Source: Botryllus schlosseri
Lineage: Eukaryota
Length of the DNA: 64,000 bases
Direction: 5' to 3'
Assembly (NCBI GenBank): GCA_051294905.1
Contig: CM119372.1
Span: 26,414,001 to 26,478,000 of the forward strand
In this document: piece by piece, positions 40,822 through 54,100 of the stretch
How positions within the stretch are numbered: position 1 is the stretch's first letter
Layout of the letters: each line of letters opens with the position of its first letter
Position numbers and translations under genes: made by a program
Notes under the pieces: model-generated
What the model was told of the DNA's origin: nothing
Databases searched by the model: none
Seen by the model: only the letters and a program-made list of their open reading frames with translations

Positions 40822-43252
40822 CAGTGGCGGCTCGTCCTATAGGGCAACTGGGGCATTGCCCCACCTAAAATTCTGTTCAATAACAGTTTAACCATTTATA
40901 GACGCACAGCAATCAGTATATACCGAGATCACGGCGAAACCAGCATTATTCTTGTGCTTTCGCTAACAAATGCCCATACATAGCGAAGTCTCTGCGAAAA
41001 TCGAATTCTCTTCTGTGTTTTCGCTTTGTGAATGCCTAGCCGGGGCTTGCCCCGGTAGCGCTCATAACAAGCTTTCACTATCTATTCTCTCAAAGCCGCG
41101 CACAATAAAGAAACGGTGATTTACTCTCTCCTATTCGTAAAATGGCCGAGCAAGTGGGGCAACTATGCCTGTCGCCCTTAAGGTGTGATGTAACAATCGT
41201 ATCTATATCTGAACTCGGTTACCGTGATATGCGTTGACTCGACCTTTGCTGGTATATGTCGATTTTGACGGTGTTTCGCAACATGATAATTCTTGAAACT
41301 TGGTACGATATGTCGTGAAGGTAGTATTTAGCACTGCTCCAAGTTTCAGGCTTGCTTCTCAAAGATAAGGGTGGTAATTTCGTTTCCGAAGTTCAGTGTG
41401 TGCTGATCTATCATGTACATTGTACAGCAAACAGATTTTACTCAAAAGCCGGTATTGATCTCCATTGATTTTCACGATGTTCCATACCGAGATCGGTCAT
41501 GACATTTGGCACAGTAAGTCTTAATGTTAGTATCGACCGCTGTAATAAGTTTTAAGTTTGTCACTGAACTATGTGGGTGGTAATTTCGTTTCCAAAGTCG
41601 AGTGAGAGCTGACTCTTCATTTATCGCTAACAGATTTACGCAAAAGCCGTTATTGGTCTCTATTGATTTTAACGATGTTCCATACCTAGATCTGTCATGA
41701 GCTTTCGCACGGTATGTCTTGATTTTAGTATCGAACGCGGTGCCAAGTCTTAAAGTTGACGCTCAATGATTGAGGCAGTTATTTCGTTTTCGAGGTCGAG
41801 TATGGTAGAGATGCGCGCTGATCTGATACTCAGCCTACCTACATCATTGCGCATCTCACGGAAAAGCCGGTGTCTGTCTGTGCTAATCTAGTCTGCGTTC
41901 CATAACGAGATCGGTGATGATATTTCCAATGGTATATCTTGATGATCGCATGAAACAGCTAACTAAGATTCTCGGTTTGCATTCAAATATTCACATAATT
42001 TTATGTTCGCCAATGTGCATTTCACTGTGAAATTGTGGCCTTCAAACCATTTGCTTACAATCCCCTGTCAAATGCGATAGCTATTTCATTTTCGATGTCG
42101 GCTAACAGCTGATCATTCGATCAGCCTATTCCTCGATCTATTTTACTCAAAGTTCGGTGTTCGTCTGTTTGTATTGATTTTGACAGTGTACCATGCCGGA
42201 ATGGGTTATGAGATTGCGAATGCTACTTCTCGATGATTTCATGTAACAGTATGCTAAGTTTACGGCTTTCATTCATGTATTTATTGATTAATATGTTTTC
42301 CAACGGCGATTTGGCAGCAGACAGTAAGCCGTATGTGTTGCGTCACAATCTCCAGTTTCAAGGCCAAAATGTACTATGTTGTTCCGAGACCGAAGTTCCG
42401 AGGCCGCTGTCCTTAGTTCTTCAAAGACCATTCAAATTGATGTTCTGGATTCAATATGACAGGCCCAATCTATGAGATAACAATTACGTATGTGTCCGAA
42501 GTCGTTGACCTTTGCAGTTAGGCTTACGCAATCTCTCGAGTTCTAGTGATTGGAATTAGTCTGGTCAAGTCAAGTGCGAACATGAATCGTATTGAATCTT
42601 TGCTCCGTACGTAGGCTAGTTTACGCAGTTGCCTTTAGAGCGAAAATTAAAGGTCTAGAAGACTACTCCTTGTCGCTTCGACATATTCCTGTCTTTTCAT
42701 TGTATCGCATTTTTGTGGTGTATTGAACTGATAAAATTGCTAATAAACCAATGATGATGATGATAGAAATTGTCCAGTCCATTGATCCAATCGTACGCCG
42801 GGTACCTCCGCTTTGGTTGCCTATCACCTGGTCGTAACTCGTAACCACCAGCTCAGTGGTCGTAACACACCAGGATCGTGTACGAAACACTTTCGGACGG
42901 CCTATCGATTTGCGTAATCTCTAACTCTACCATGAAATCATAACGCATGCTACTAAGGATGACCTGATAATTGATTCGTGGCATAGGGACGATTCTTAGT
43001 TCACGTACATTATGTAAAATAATCCTTTGATTAAAAAAAAATGAATAAAACATTTGTTACCACACTTCAAGTCACGGCTCACCGGCAAACCTCTCGCGGC
43101 ACCTACGTTAAAATCACTGTTGTCGGGAAATTCATGTGACCATCATATTAAAGTTACTTTTTTACGTTGGAAAACGCCATTGTGACGTCATGTTGATAAA
43201 AGTCGCTCGCAGCCCTTGCCCCACCACCCGATATTGTCACGAGCCGCCACTG
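40822..43252. mobile_element. Non-autonomous hAT element (Tip100-like termini), 2431 bp
   Basis: 14-bp TIR CAGTGGCGGCTCGT / ACGAGCCGCCACTG; perfect 8-bp TSD GCAGATGT (40814-40821, 43253-43260); TGCCCC subterminal motifs. Confidence 0.9.
41250..42310 (+). repeat. About five degenerate 200-290 bp tandem units inside the hAT element
   Basis: Recurring blocks such as CAAAAGCCGGT...ATTGATTTT.ACGATGTTCCATACC.AGATC.GTCATGA...AAGTTT...GGTAATTTCGTTTCC near 41290, 41500, 41700, 41915 and 42205. Confidence 0.7.
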
Positions 43253-44160
43253 GCAGATGTTATAATTATGAATTACGTGATCGCAGCTCTACCGGTATAA
43301 ATCTGACCACCGAGAGTTGCAGATGATTAAAAATGAATAGTAATATAATGCAATTGCCAATATTCTGAGGAAATTCAATTGTCAACCTGAAAATTGACCA
43401 CCCTATATGAGGCCCAAGACCAACGTTTGGAGTTGGGGGCTGAATTGCTGTTTTTTTCCTGATTCTAGCTACAACCCAAGCTAGCATGGTGTATAAGCGG
43501 ATAACTACGGCGACAGGTCCAAAGTTTGGGTATAGAATTGCGAAATAACGATTGGCACCCGTTTCAGGTAGAGTCATACGAGAAAAAGATAAAATGAAAA
43601 TAAAATTCTGCCATCCACTTAATACATATAATGTAAGCTTCCATTACGAGAAACGGCCAAAAGCGACTCGGTTATGATATATATCAGCAGCTGTTGGTTT
43701 TTAATGATTCATTGTGGAAATCGCAATGTTTCTTTCATTTGACGAGTACAAAATTTCAAACCATAGGCCTACTTCCCGCCAAGCAACAACGGTCGAGCTG
43801 CATGTAAGCTAACTATAAGAATAACCAGACATCAATACTTAAGTTACTATTTGAAACTAGGCAGAGAGGTGATTATTATCCTGCTGCGAGGCAGTGGAGT
43901 CTGGAGTGTATTGATGACCTGATATACAACATTGCAGGCGTTCTTACAATCACACTATTGTTCATGTACATCGTATATCTTTTATCTATTTACGATGTGT
44001 GGATACATCTTACGCAATGGTGAGCAAATCGAATGCTTCTGACGTAATAATGAGCAGTTTCGTTTGAAAATCAGACGTTTGTGCTATCACTGAACCTGGT
44101 ATAATACCTCTTCCCTGTTCACAAATGTTCAGTTAATGTCATAGTCCTTGTACAAATAAA

Positions 44161-44328
44161 AAGTAATCGTTCTTTCGCAAATAAATCGATTAGATATGTG
44201 AAGTAGTCGATTACGATTACGATTACTTCGGAATTTTTTCAAATGTAATCGATTGCGATTACGATTACTTAAAAATGCTGTAATCGTCGTGATCGATTAC
44301 GATTACTAATCGCGAATACCCCATGTCT
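44161..44328. repeat. GATTAC/GTAATC-rich cluster, probable subterminal region of a decayed DNA transposon
   Basis: Many CGATTACGATTAC and GTAATCG motifs in both orientations, ending in ATGTCTG; a possible partner end CAGACAT at 43826, but no matching TSD. Confidence 0.5.
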
Positions 44329-44361
44329 GATGTGCATGCCCCCTCTTTACATCGCCTAGGC

Positions 44362-46065
44362 CAGTGGTTCTCAACCTTTTTCTCTTCGCGGACCCCTTTT
44401 GGACAGTCAGGGGTCGATTTGGTATAAACGAGTGCCGAAAATTTTTCCACGAAGATAGGTGCTGGCGAATGTAATATTGACGCGTAGCGCTTCCAACGAC
44501 ACCTTTTGGTGTGATCACCACATATATGGCCCAAAAATGGAGGAACAGAATTAATAATTAACATCTACGTTCAGCCTTGTCATTTATATCTAGCATCTCA
44601 TCTTGAAGGTATTCTGGAATAGTGATTATGCAGGATATGTCATTGTAGAAAATGGACTTCGTAGCGGGGTTTCAATCCTTTCATTGGGACTGGTTAAGAA
44701 AAATAAATTCAGGAATTGCTATTTCAAACTACCCCAACAAAACGTCTCTAAACAGCAATATGTTTGTATCAGTAGACTATTCGCAATTTGGCAACTAAAA
44801 TGATTTTGCACAGTAGGATATTTTATCTCTGGAGACAACCATTCTAATGATCTGAGTCCAGAGATTTTAGCAATTATGAAGCGAAACTATCTTATGCTTT
44901 GCCTTCGGGTTTTACATGACTGGAACATGTCCTGGAAGAGTCACATTCAATCGCAAGAAAAATATCACGAAACTGTGGTCTGTTCTACAGCCTTAGAGAC
45001 TACCCTGCCAGTCTGGGTCCTTCCGATACTCTTTAAATCATTATTCCAATTGAAGTTACAATATGGAACCATCTGTTGGAGGGCTGCCAGTAAAACTGCA
45101 CTGCAGCCGCTGCAAAAACTACCACATCTGGTCCTCCGTATCATAGCTAGGGCCCGAAAGGGACCAGGATGTGTGTCCAACAAATCACTACCCAAAAGAT
45201 TCGGTGTTCTACACATAAAAGATATGCGAAAACTAGAAATTGCCAAATTTATGTATCAGTTCCACTGCCCCGAAAACTTCAATGACTTCTTTATTTCGGT
45301 ATCAAAAGTGGAGGTATCAAAAGTGCATAAGTGCGACACTCGCGCATCTACGCTGTCCAACTATCATATGGTGGACAAAAAAACGTTTTGTCTTCGTTGA
45401 CCCCCTTTCAACCGTCACGGACCCCTTCTCGTTTTAGTTCAAAGTTAGCTAAATTGATGTGTAATCGTCATCGGTCTTTTGCAAATATTAACTGTGGACT
45501 AGTACTGAACAGCAACAAAATGACTTCCAAAAATACCATCATACTATGTATGGAGAAATTGGTAAAACTTTTACCATTTCAAAGCGAATTTTGTAGTCGA
45601 ATGACTTGAAATATGAGGTCGTGTCTTGAAAATCCACGTCATGGATTTGATATGAATGAGTGCCGAAAATCCATTTCCACAAAGATAGGTTCTGTCTAAT
45701 GTAATAACAACGTGGATCGCTTCCGGCGACACCTTTGGGCATGATTTCAACATATATGGCACCAAAATTGAGAAACATATTTTTAATAAACATATAACGC
45801 CGAGCCTCGCCTATCTCGCAGCTCATCCTGGAGTTATTCTGGAATAGCGGTTATGTATATCCCAGAAGAAATGGATTATTGGAAACAAAACCCCATCAAA
45901 ACTTTGATCACAGCAATATGTTTATAATAGCAGACAATTTGGGAATTTGGCAGCTTAGAAATTAAAATGAGTTTGCACAGCAGAATATTTCATCACAGAC
46001 GGCCATTCTGCTTATGTGAGTCATAAACTTTAGCAATTATGAAGCGACACTTCCTCGTGATTTCT
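44362..46065 (+). mobile_element. hAT element left end with an internal diverged duplication; right end not found
   Basis: GCCTAGGC followed by CAGTGGTTCTCAACCTTTTT...CGCGGACCCC; about 44430-44890 is repeated in diverged form at about 45657-46050. Confidence 0.6.
44912..45385 (+). pseudogene. Non-LTR retrotransposon (CR1/L2-group) ORF2 C-terminal fragment
   Basis: Translation SWKSHI...SLFQLKLQYGTICWRAASKTALQPLQKL...LRII...LHIKDMRKLEIAKFMYQF..PENFNDFF...HKCDTR fits the post-RT region of CR1/L2-type LINEs; no catalytic RT motifs present. Confidence 0.8.
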
Positions 46066-46429
46066 TTAAAGGAGCACTGCACTCAAAAAATGATGTGGTC
46101 TCAAATTGAAGGGCAAAACGAAAGAAAATTTTTTGCTACAGCCGTTTTCCTCAGAACGCCACCGAAATGGAGCAGCAATTTATTGAAATTTCCAGAAACA
46201 CATCCGGCTGCCGCTGTCGCGGCTCCGGTTCATTTCTTAACCCGTTACATGGCACGATGAGTTCATCGTAGCACTTGCTCGGTGCGATTAGGCAGTCACG
46301 CAGAGGACGGACTTTAGATAGTTGTCAGTCGATGTTATGAAGGAATCATGTGTTGCACACCAAGGCGACGCTCAACGTACGGCGTTAAGTCAGGAGGATT
46401 TGTGTCTGGAGCTTGTCACGACTCTATAG

Positions 46430-47739
46430 CACACCTGGGCAATGTGCGGCCCGCGAAGCTATTCTGTGCGGCCCGCGACAGGTTGCTTGGAATTCAAAAC
46501 ATAAAACTTGCTCTTTGAATGACTAAAACCATGCTGTATCAAATGAACTGGAAATTTGTTTCCTTTGGAACCTTCTAATTAATATGCCACGATTACACTG
46601 CTTATGCACCTCGCATGCTTTGTCTAAATTCAAAATAAAGGTAATGTGGCAAAGTATGAGTAGCAATTGAAGTCACAAGAAATCACTCTTTCCATATAGT
46701 TTAGTTCACACCTTCTTTATTGCCATTGTCACTGTGACTACGTCACATTACGCATTATACGACATGTATTTCAAATTCATACGTTTCCAAATCCCCAATT
46801 CGTAAAACAAGTCAATCAGTGCTCTCGATTACTATACCACTCATATCTATCACCTATAAATTATATTAACCGGCACGGGCATGCCCAAAAAACGTCGAAA
46901 AAGCTTTAGGTTTACCCTAGAGCATTAAATATTTTATACTTGTTTCAGGGGTAAACTCGTCCTTTTAGTTTTTGCCGAGCATGTCGCCGAGATTAAGGGT
47001 ATTAATTAAAGTCGATGTTATGACGAAAGCACGAAACACGTGGTCAAGGGAGGGCACAGTTCAGAAAACTGCAAGCTTTGCACACTGCTCGGAAGGTAGC
47101 GAACAAGAAAACGAGCTTCGTACTATTCCATGTACATTTCAGTGCAGTGGTTCTCGAACAGGGGGCGTTAAAGCATCAAAAGGGTGGCGCGAAGCTGAAG
47201 TTGACCGAAATAATTTTTCGTGCTCCGCCCGATTAATTTCCAGCGTATCGTTTATGCTCTGCGTATTGTCAGACTTTTATATTTCATGATTCTCGTATCA
47301 ACAGCCAGAACCTTCCATGCCATCAAACTATCCGTTGAGATTGCTAGCATTCTGGTTACAGTTTTTAATATTTTGTTATATCATGATAAGGCGGGCGGGA
47401 AATTTTTCACTATCCTATAGGAAGGCGTGCCGAAAAAAGCTTGAGAACCACTGTTTTAGAGTCTTACCAGCAGAACGTGGATAGGGGTTTGAAGAGAGTT
47501 AAATATGTATCATGTTTAACATTGTTTCCAATTATGACGACAAATGGATATTTTTAATTAATCGTCAATTTCTCATTACCTATAATATCAACACACCCAC
47601 TAAGCAGCATTTACTGACAATGCAATTTAGAAATAAAATTGAGATACGCCGGAGAATATAACTAAAAATTTTCACTCGGCCCGCCAACGTATTTTTATTT
47701 CTCATTTGGCCCGCGGAGGAAAATAATTGCCCACCCCTG
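46430..47739. mobile_element. Non-autonomous hAT element, 1310 bp
   Basis: Perfect TSD CTCTATAG (46422-46429, 47740-47747); imperfect TIR CACACCTGGGCAA / TTGCCCACCCCTG; GGCCCGC subterminal repeats. Confidence 0.9.
47145..47453. mobile_element. hAT MITE nested in the previous element, 309 bp
   Basis: CAGTGGTTCTCGAAC ... GCTTGAGAACCACTG; degenerate TSD TTTCAGTG / TTTTAGAG (6/8). Confidence 0.8.
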
Positions 47740-48154
47740 CTCTATAGTATTTGCCAGTTGCCTGATACTGAGATGCCATTACAGTTGTATATTGATGCAA
47801 AGCTATATTGATGATCCTGTCATTTTCAAGATGTATTAATGACTGCACAGTGCACAACCTTCGGTGTAGTGGTCTTGCGGAAGAGACAGACACAGGATAT
47901 TTTGCATCATTTACCCATGGCATATCAACTATCTTGATACGGTCCAGTTTACTTGTTCAAGACACAGATGTATAGATAGTCAACACGAAAATATCATTAT
48001 TTCATTCTCATCAAAGTTCCAATATTGTTGTGGAAATTTTTATCGTAACATTGTTGTACTCAGTTTCACAAACGAATCTTCTGTCTCCATCAGTTCATTC
48101 ATGCAATTCCTTTGACACGTAGATAACGTAAAATTTGTTAAAATTAATAATGGT

Positions 48155-51100
48155 ATGGAAGAAGATCTTGTTGATGAATTAACTTCTAATGAAGATACAG
48201 ATGCAGAAGATTTTGATGATATCACGATATTTGGTGAGAGCCTGCCTTATCAACTCGAGCCACAATATTCAGAGGAGGAATTCGCCCGTCTTGTTGCAAC
48301 TCTAGAAGCACAAACTCATGTCTCTGTAAGTATTGTACCTGTGTTGCTTGAATGCAATTTATCAATCTCATTGTATTGGTCAAAGGAATCGTCAGAAAAC
48401 CAGAGTCAACTTCGGACACTTGACAATGAATGGTGCAGTTGCTTGAACTGTGCATGCATGCCGAACCAGAATGAGCGCGTCTGCTGCAGGGAAATACAAC
48501 AGATAATGGAGCTTCTGGGGAATAGAGGGTCGACTTGCATAACAGAACATGACGATTTTTCCTACATATACATTATACAACCTTCCATTCTTGAAACGTT
48601 TTTCAAAGTGAACAGAAAAAACTGGAATAATAACAATCAACCACATGGTCCTGGCAGAAGGCTTTCTACCAAGTGGGTCCTAGAACATTTTGTGTTGTTT
48701 AGTATTGGACCTATATGTGCGGCCGGGTCATACCAAAGACTCGAAAAATGGTATCCGCAGCTATCCTGCTAGGCGCTCAGCAATCACGGATAGCATGGAG
48801 GAGAAAAAAACGGGGCGCAGACTAGATGACCTCATGGGGCCGTATCGCAACTCCGTCGCCAAAGCATCTCGATGGTGCAGGCGAGAAAGAATATCATATC
48901 TCTCTCTCTCTCTCTCTCTAAGTGAGATGTTGTACGTTTAGGAATATGATTATCGATGCGTGACTTCTAGAATATTTCGGCGATTCAAATTTTACGTCAT
49001 CGCGCCGGACAAAGATTTGCCGCGCAACAGGTCGCAGCCAGGCATAGTTCGCTCTTTCTGTATGGTAAATGCCGTAAATATATAGGAATTGTGACTGACT
49101 GAGGTAGCGGGTTAAAGGTATATACGCAGTAGCATATAGCTTATGGGGTATTTCGAATTGCCTGTAGTATATGACGCCTAGAGCTGTTTGACTTTCTGCA
49201 AACAGGTGTAGACAACTATAGAAAAGTTTCAGCTTTTCCAGGCTAGAATTAGAGCTAAACCGTTTTTTCCGAATTAGATTACAATTATATTGCTGGCATT
49301 TCGCTCTAATTTAGTGAAATTAGACCACTATAATTATCTAGTTGTCCAAGTCGCTTCAAACATCTGAATTACCGGTACCTATACCTACGGTATATCATAA
49401 TATTTATGCTTGAATTTTCTAGGTATATAAGTCATAACACTGATTCGTGATTTCATAAAAGTTGGTGCAAGAATGGACATTTTCAACTTGATGTTGATTA
49501 ATGGAGCAAAATTTGATATTTGAGTGCAATTATACCTCGAATCCAGTGACAAGATTATTAATCGTTGAAACCAAACGCAGCTTGTTTATGTTGGCCCAGA
49601 GAATTTGGCTAGCCAGACCATATTGATAGAATATGGTCACAGTAAGATAATATTTTGGGCTAATTTACATGAACTTTCCAACATTTGATTTGATATGTCC
49701 GCTAAAACAATTGTTATTCTGCTTTCGAATAAGACCTAAATTGCTGATTTCAATGGTAACTGTGTTTGTCAAAGGCTGTAAAGGTAATTTCTTTTCCATG
49801 TTAGATGTTTGTTTGTTTGTTTGTGGTGTTCATGGTGATGGTTCGACTACACTGGTCATTTTACACCAGGCCGGTTCTTATTATTATCATTCCGTATCTG
49901 CCCGGTTACCAGTGAACTCGGCACTTAGTGAATTCGGCCGCACAAACTCGGCACTTGGTGAATTCGGCCGTGGTAGATCTCGTAGCGGTACCGGTCGCCA
50001 TGATTGGTTACTGGAATGTTTGCCGGTGAACTTGGCACTTTGAGTGGTTGTCAATGTTGTACGGGGGTCAGGGCATGCGTAGATCACACAGTCACGGCAT
50101 GATTAGATCACAGATTGCGTAATCGCGGGAAATAACGCAACGCTCTTCACTTGGTGAACTCGGCCCTTGGAGGAATTGGCACTAGAACACTTTCGCATTA
50201 GAAATGCATTTAATATGAATGAACAGTATCAAAAAGGAAATTTAAACGTGTCGTGGCTCGCGGTAGATCTCGTAATCTTGGGATCCTTCAACCCTGTTAT
50301 CGAGACACCCTAACCCCAGAGTGGAATCGTCTCTCCAAAGGCAAAAAATAATTTATTTTGACGTGATCATGTGAAACATTTGTTGATGAGGAACACTGGC
50401 TTGTCGTGATCGATAAACGAAGAAGCGCCGCTTGATCTTCCACATTTTCGATCTCACATACAACGCCAAGATCCATCTTCTCAAAACTTACACGACACAG
50501 GCCCGTCACTCACGCCATCGATTCCAAGCAGACCGCGCGTGGTCGGTATATGAGCGCTGCGTTATTTCCCGCGGCTACGCAATCCGTGATCTAATCACGC
50601 CGTGACTGCGTGATCTACGGATGCCCTGACCTCCTTACAAGATTGACGAATCACTTGATAATACTATTATTAGTTTAATAATTCATATTAATAGCTGTTA
50701 ATACACTTCATTACAAAATTTCCCGAGGGCCGAATTCACCAAGTGCCGAGCTCATCGGCAACCATCTGCCCACTTCTAGCACGGCCCACTCCTAGGCTTT
50801 TTAAGACATGGCTATGCGGATCAGATGGCGAGGAGGAGCCTAGATAAACGGCCAACACTTCGGTAGGAATTATGGAGTCGTGTCAGGCTCAAACGCGCAA
50901 TTCATTGGTGTTTAGTTATAATGGAACGCACCACTACCTCGCCATACCTTGCAACTGCAACCAAATTTATAAAGAATATCTGTCACTGTTAATGCAGGGT
51001 GTGATCAGACTAGTTGACCCTACCCAGAGTCATATCGATTACACCCTGTCCTACACCGTTAAGTATCTTGTTATAATTTCATGCGCCAATGTTATTTTCG

Positions 51101-54100
51101 TTTCGGTTGGACGAATCAATAAATATTTCTCTCTCTCTCTCTCCTGTAAAATGGGACCGTAGCATTTGGCATTTCGTGTGGCGATTGACTTTTGTGTGGA
51201 AAATTGTGTTCGTTTTAGAACTTATCCGAAACCTTTATTCCGCCATAGATTGTATATGATAAAACGAAGCCACTCACCACAAAGGAGGATTTAAAGAAGT
51301 TTGATGACATATTGAATGAAAGCAAAAGCCTTTGCAAGAGATTTGGTATGTTGAATCTGTTTTGTTCTTTTCAAATGTTTGCCGATAGCAGACGGTATAT
51401 ATAAGTGTAAGATGTGGAAGCTATCAAGGTGTTATGTTTATTATTTTTAGAAATTCAGTCAGTCAAAGTGGACGATCGTATTGCTTGGATTATATTTAGG
51501 CTTATTTTAGCATCTTTGAGATGCAACTCTGAACGTGGACGGTCATGAACAGTCAACTAATTCTGTTCCTATATTGACATATCAGACATTTGCACTCGTA
51601 CCGTTGGCGGCGACAATATTGGTCAGTCAGCAAAAAGCATCATGAAGAAGGTTGCCAGTCTGGTGAAATTATAGCAGAGTCGGAAAGAATGGGAAATACG
51701 CTTTCATCAACCTCCATTTGAACAAGATCACATATAGTAAGAGACATTCATGATATGCTGCAAATGTCACTGTGTTCTTTGTCTAGTCACCCCACTCATG
51801 TAACTATTGAGGCTTCATGCCAGGGTTGTAACCAAGTCACAAGGCTCCGAGTCGCAAGTCAATCTCACTTTTATAGTTTTTACTCTAGTCATTTTCAATT
51901 CACCACCGAGTCCAAGTCAGCGAGCAGAGGGCCGAGTCCGAGTTATGGTATTATGACTCGAGCCAGAGCCATTGTGTTAGCTGCTCAGTTTCCAATTTAA
52001 GTCTTGTTAAACCAACTTTTTTGTGATATCGAGTGGGTCGCATTTATAATATACGAATTTTCCTTACTTTTAGCAGTTTCTGGCCGCATTTTCAAATACC
52101 AGTATCAATAGACGAAATCCCAATAGCGATTTGCTGTACTATTCTTTGAAATAATCATGAAATGTCGGTCTTGGTAGTCTGAGTCTCAAGTCATGCGCAA
52201 TGAGTCGAGTCATTTCAGTACTTTGAGAACATGACCTGAGTCAAGTCGAGTCAACAGAAAATCCTGACTCGAGTCTTACAACCCTGCTTCATGCAATGAG
52301 CATTTACTTTGAAGATAAATAGTAATTAAATAACTGGTTGGTGGTACAAAATTTTAATACTGCTTTCAAAAGTACCTTCATGAAAAACGTTATTGAAACC
52401 CGAAGAACTTTTCGCGTGCCTATTAAAGAGCTACCGGCACCATAAAGGAAGCAAAACAGAGTTTAATTCAAAACCAGATGGAGAATTATGACGCATTAAT
52501 GTCGAATTTAGAAATAACATCAATGGAGCCAGAACACAGCAACAATGCAGTGCATAACAATGGTTGCGTAAAACAGTATGACAGCGTGACACAATTCTTT
52601 AATTATTTATTATAGTGGTGCCCACCGTAAATGCTATTTTATTAAAATCCGAATTTTTCGATGGCAATAACTCCGCTTCCACTTGTTTGAACCTAACACT
52701 TTCATGGGGTGAACAGAAAATTTTCAAATTTTTTCTATTTATTTTTATATAATAAATAGAAACATTCTTTTCCTGTAGCAATGCGGCTACTGGTTGGAAT
52801 TGAACCAAATTTGGTGTGTAGGCTTGAATTAGGTAACCTAACAATTTTATCAAGTAGCAAGAACGATTTGAGAAAAAAAAGTCATTTTCTAAGAGCCCTA
52901 ATGTCCATGTCAGAGAAACGTTTTAGGGTAGGCCTACTCACATGTCTCGCAGCGTTCTATACATAATCGTCAATTGCGATACAAACTGTTCGCTTGTATC
53001 GGTTAAGCCATCCAACTTCGAATTGTAAAATGTTGGGAGTTTTGATATCAAATTTTTGAAAGGTGCACTTTGAGAAGATTTCAGAATCTGTCAAATTATA
53101 CAAAAAAAATTTAGCAAATTCTTTGACATATTTCATCCATTTGCGACTCGATCAACGTAAAAGAATTAGTAATTATTTTATACAATATATTGTATTTGTA
53201 GTTGAAGTATAGTAATAATTCTTATGGTTACCGCACTTGTAACGATTCACGGCCATAACTGGGATAATTAGAATGATGTAACTTTCAAATTGTCATGCTT
53301 TTTGCAACAACATTGTTCTCAATTTTCAAGGTGCTGACCATTGGAGGAAGAATCACCCTTGAGCCGGGAATTCATGATCCGTAAACGCGGCCGACTGTTT
53401 CTCTCCTCAAGAGGAAGGAAGAGAAAAAGGGAGCAGAAATAGCAAGAGTGTGACAAGTCGCGTCCATTCGCTTTAATGCGTATGTCCATCCGCGAAGCGC
53501 GAAGTAGTAGGTGGGAAAACTAATGAGCGTTTGGTTAGCGCTTTATAAGGTTGACTCCAGCGCTGTATTTGCTAAATGTTGCGGGGAAATAGGGGTGGTG
53601 TCATTTGGTATCAATATTGACTACTAAAAGACCATTTGTTAGTGGTCATGGATTTGTTCGGCCAGTATGCAGTAATTTCTGATGGTCACTTCCCGGGCTT
53701 CTGTTCTCTAACCCCTCATGATTGTTATTCTGCTTCTAGTAAGACTGTCGATTCTAATGTTTTATCGTATCATTTGTCGGAGGTTTCGCTCGCTTTTTTT
53801 ACAACGTTTTGCTCTCTGCTAGGTCAATTACTGGCTGAGTATCACTACAGCCTAAGAAACTGCACTAATTCTCATTTTAATGTCTTGCTGGTTATCTTGC
53901 TGTCAATTCTAATAATTTGTTAATGTCTATACCAGTGCCGCCACTCAAATGTTTTGTTCTCTGTACACAATATTGTTAGGTCTTCAGCTTTCCAGGCAGA
54001 GTATCATTCCACTTTCTAGACTCGAGTATATATCTCTCCAACTAGCTGCCAAATAACTGATTCATTTGGATTGTTGAATTGATCATTTTTGACAGAATGT

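Noticed and set aside
41177..42650. Possible nested TTAA-flanked element inside the 40822-43252 hAT
   Set aside because: TTAAGG at about 41178 is suggestive but no convincing matching TIR or TSD was found.
40628..44803. Short ORFs of 60-103 aa between the array edge and the LINE fragment
   Set aside because: No recognisable motifs; most overlap transposon-derived sequence and are the size expected by chance.
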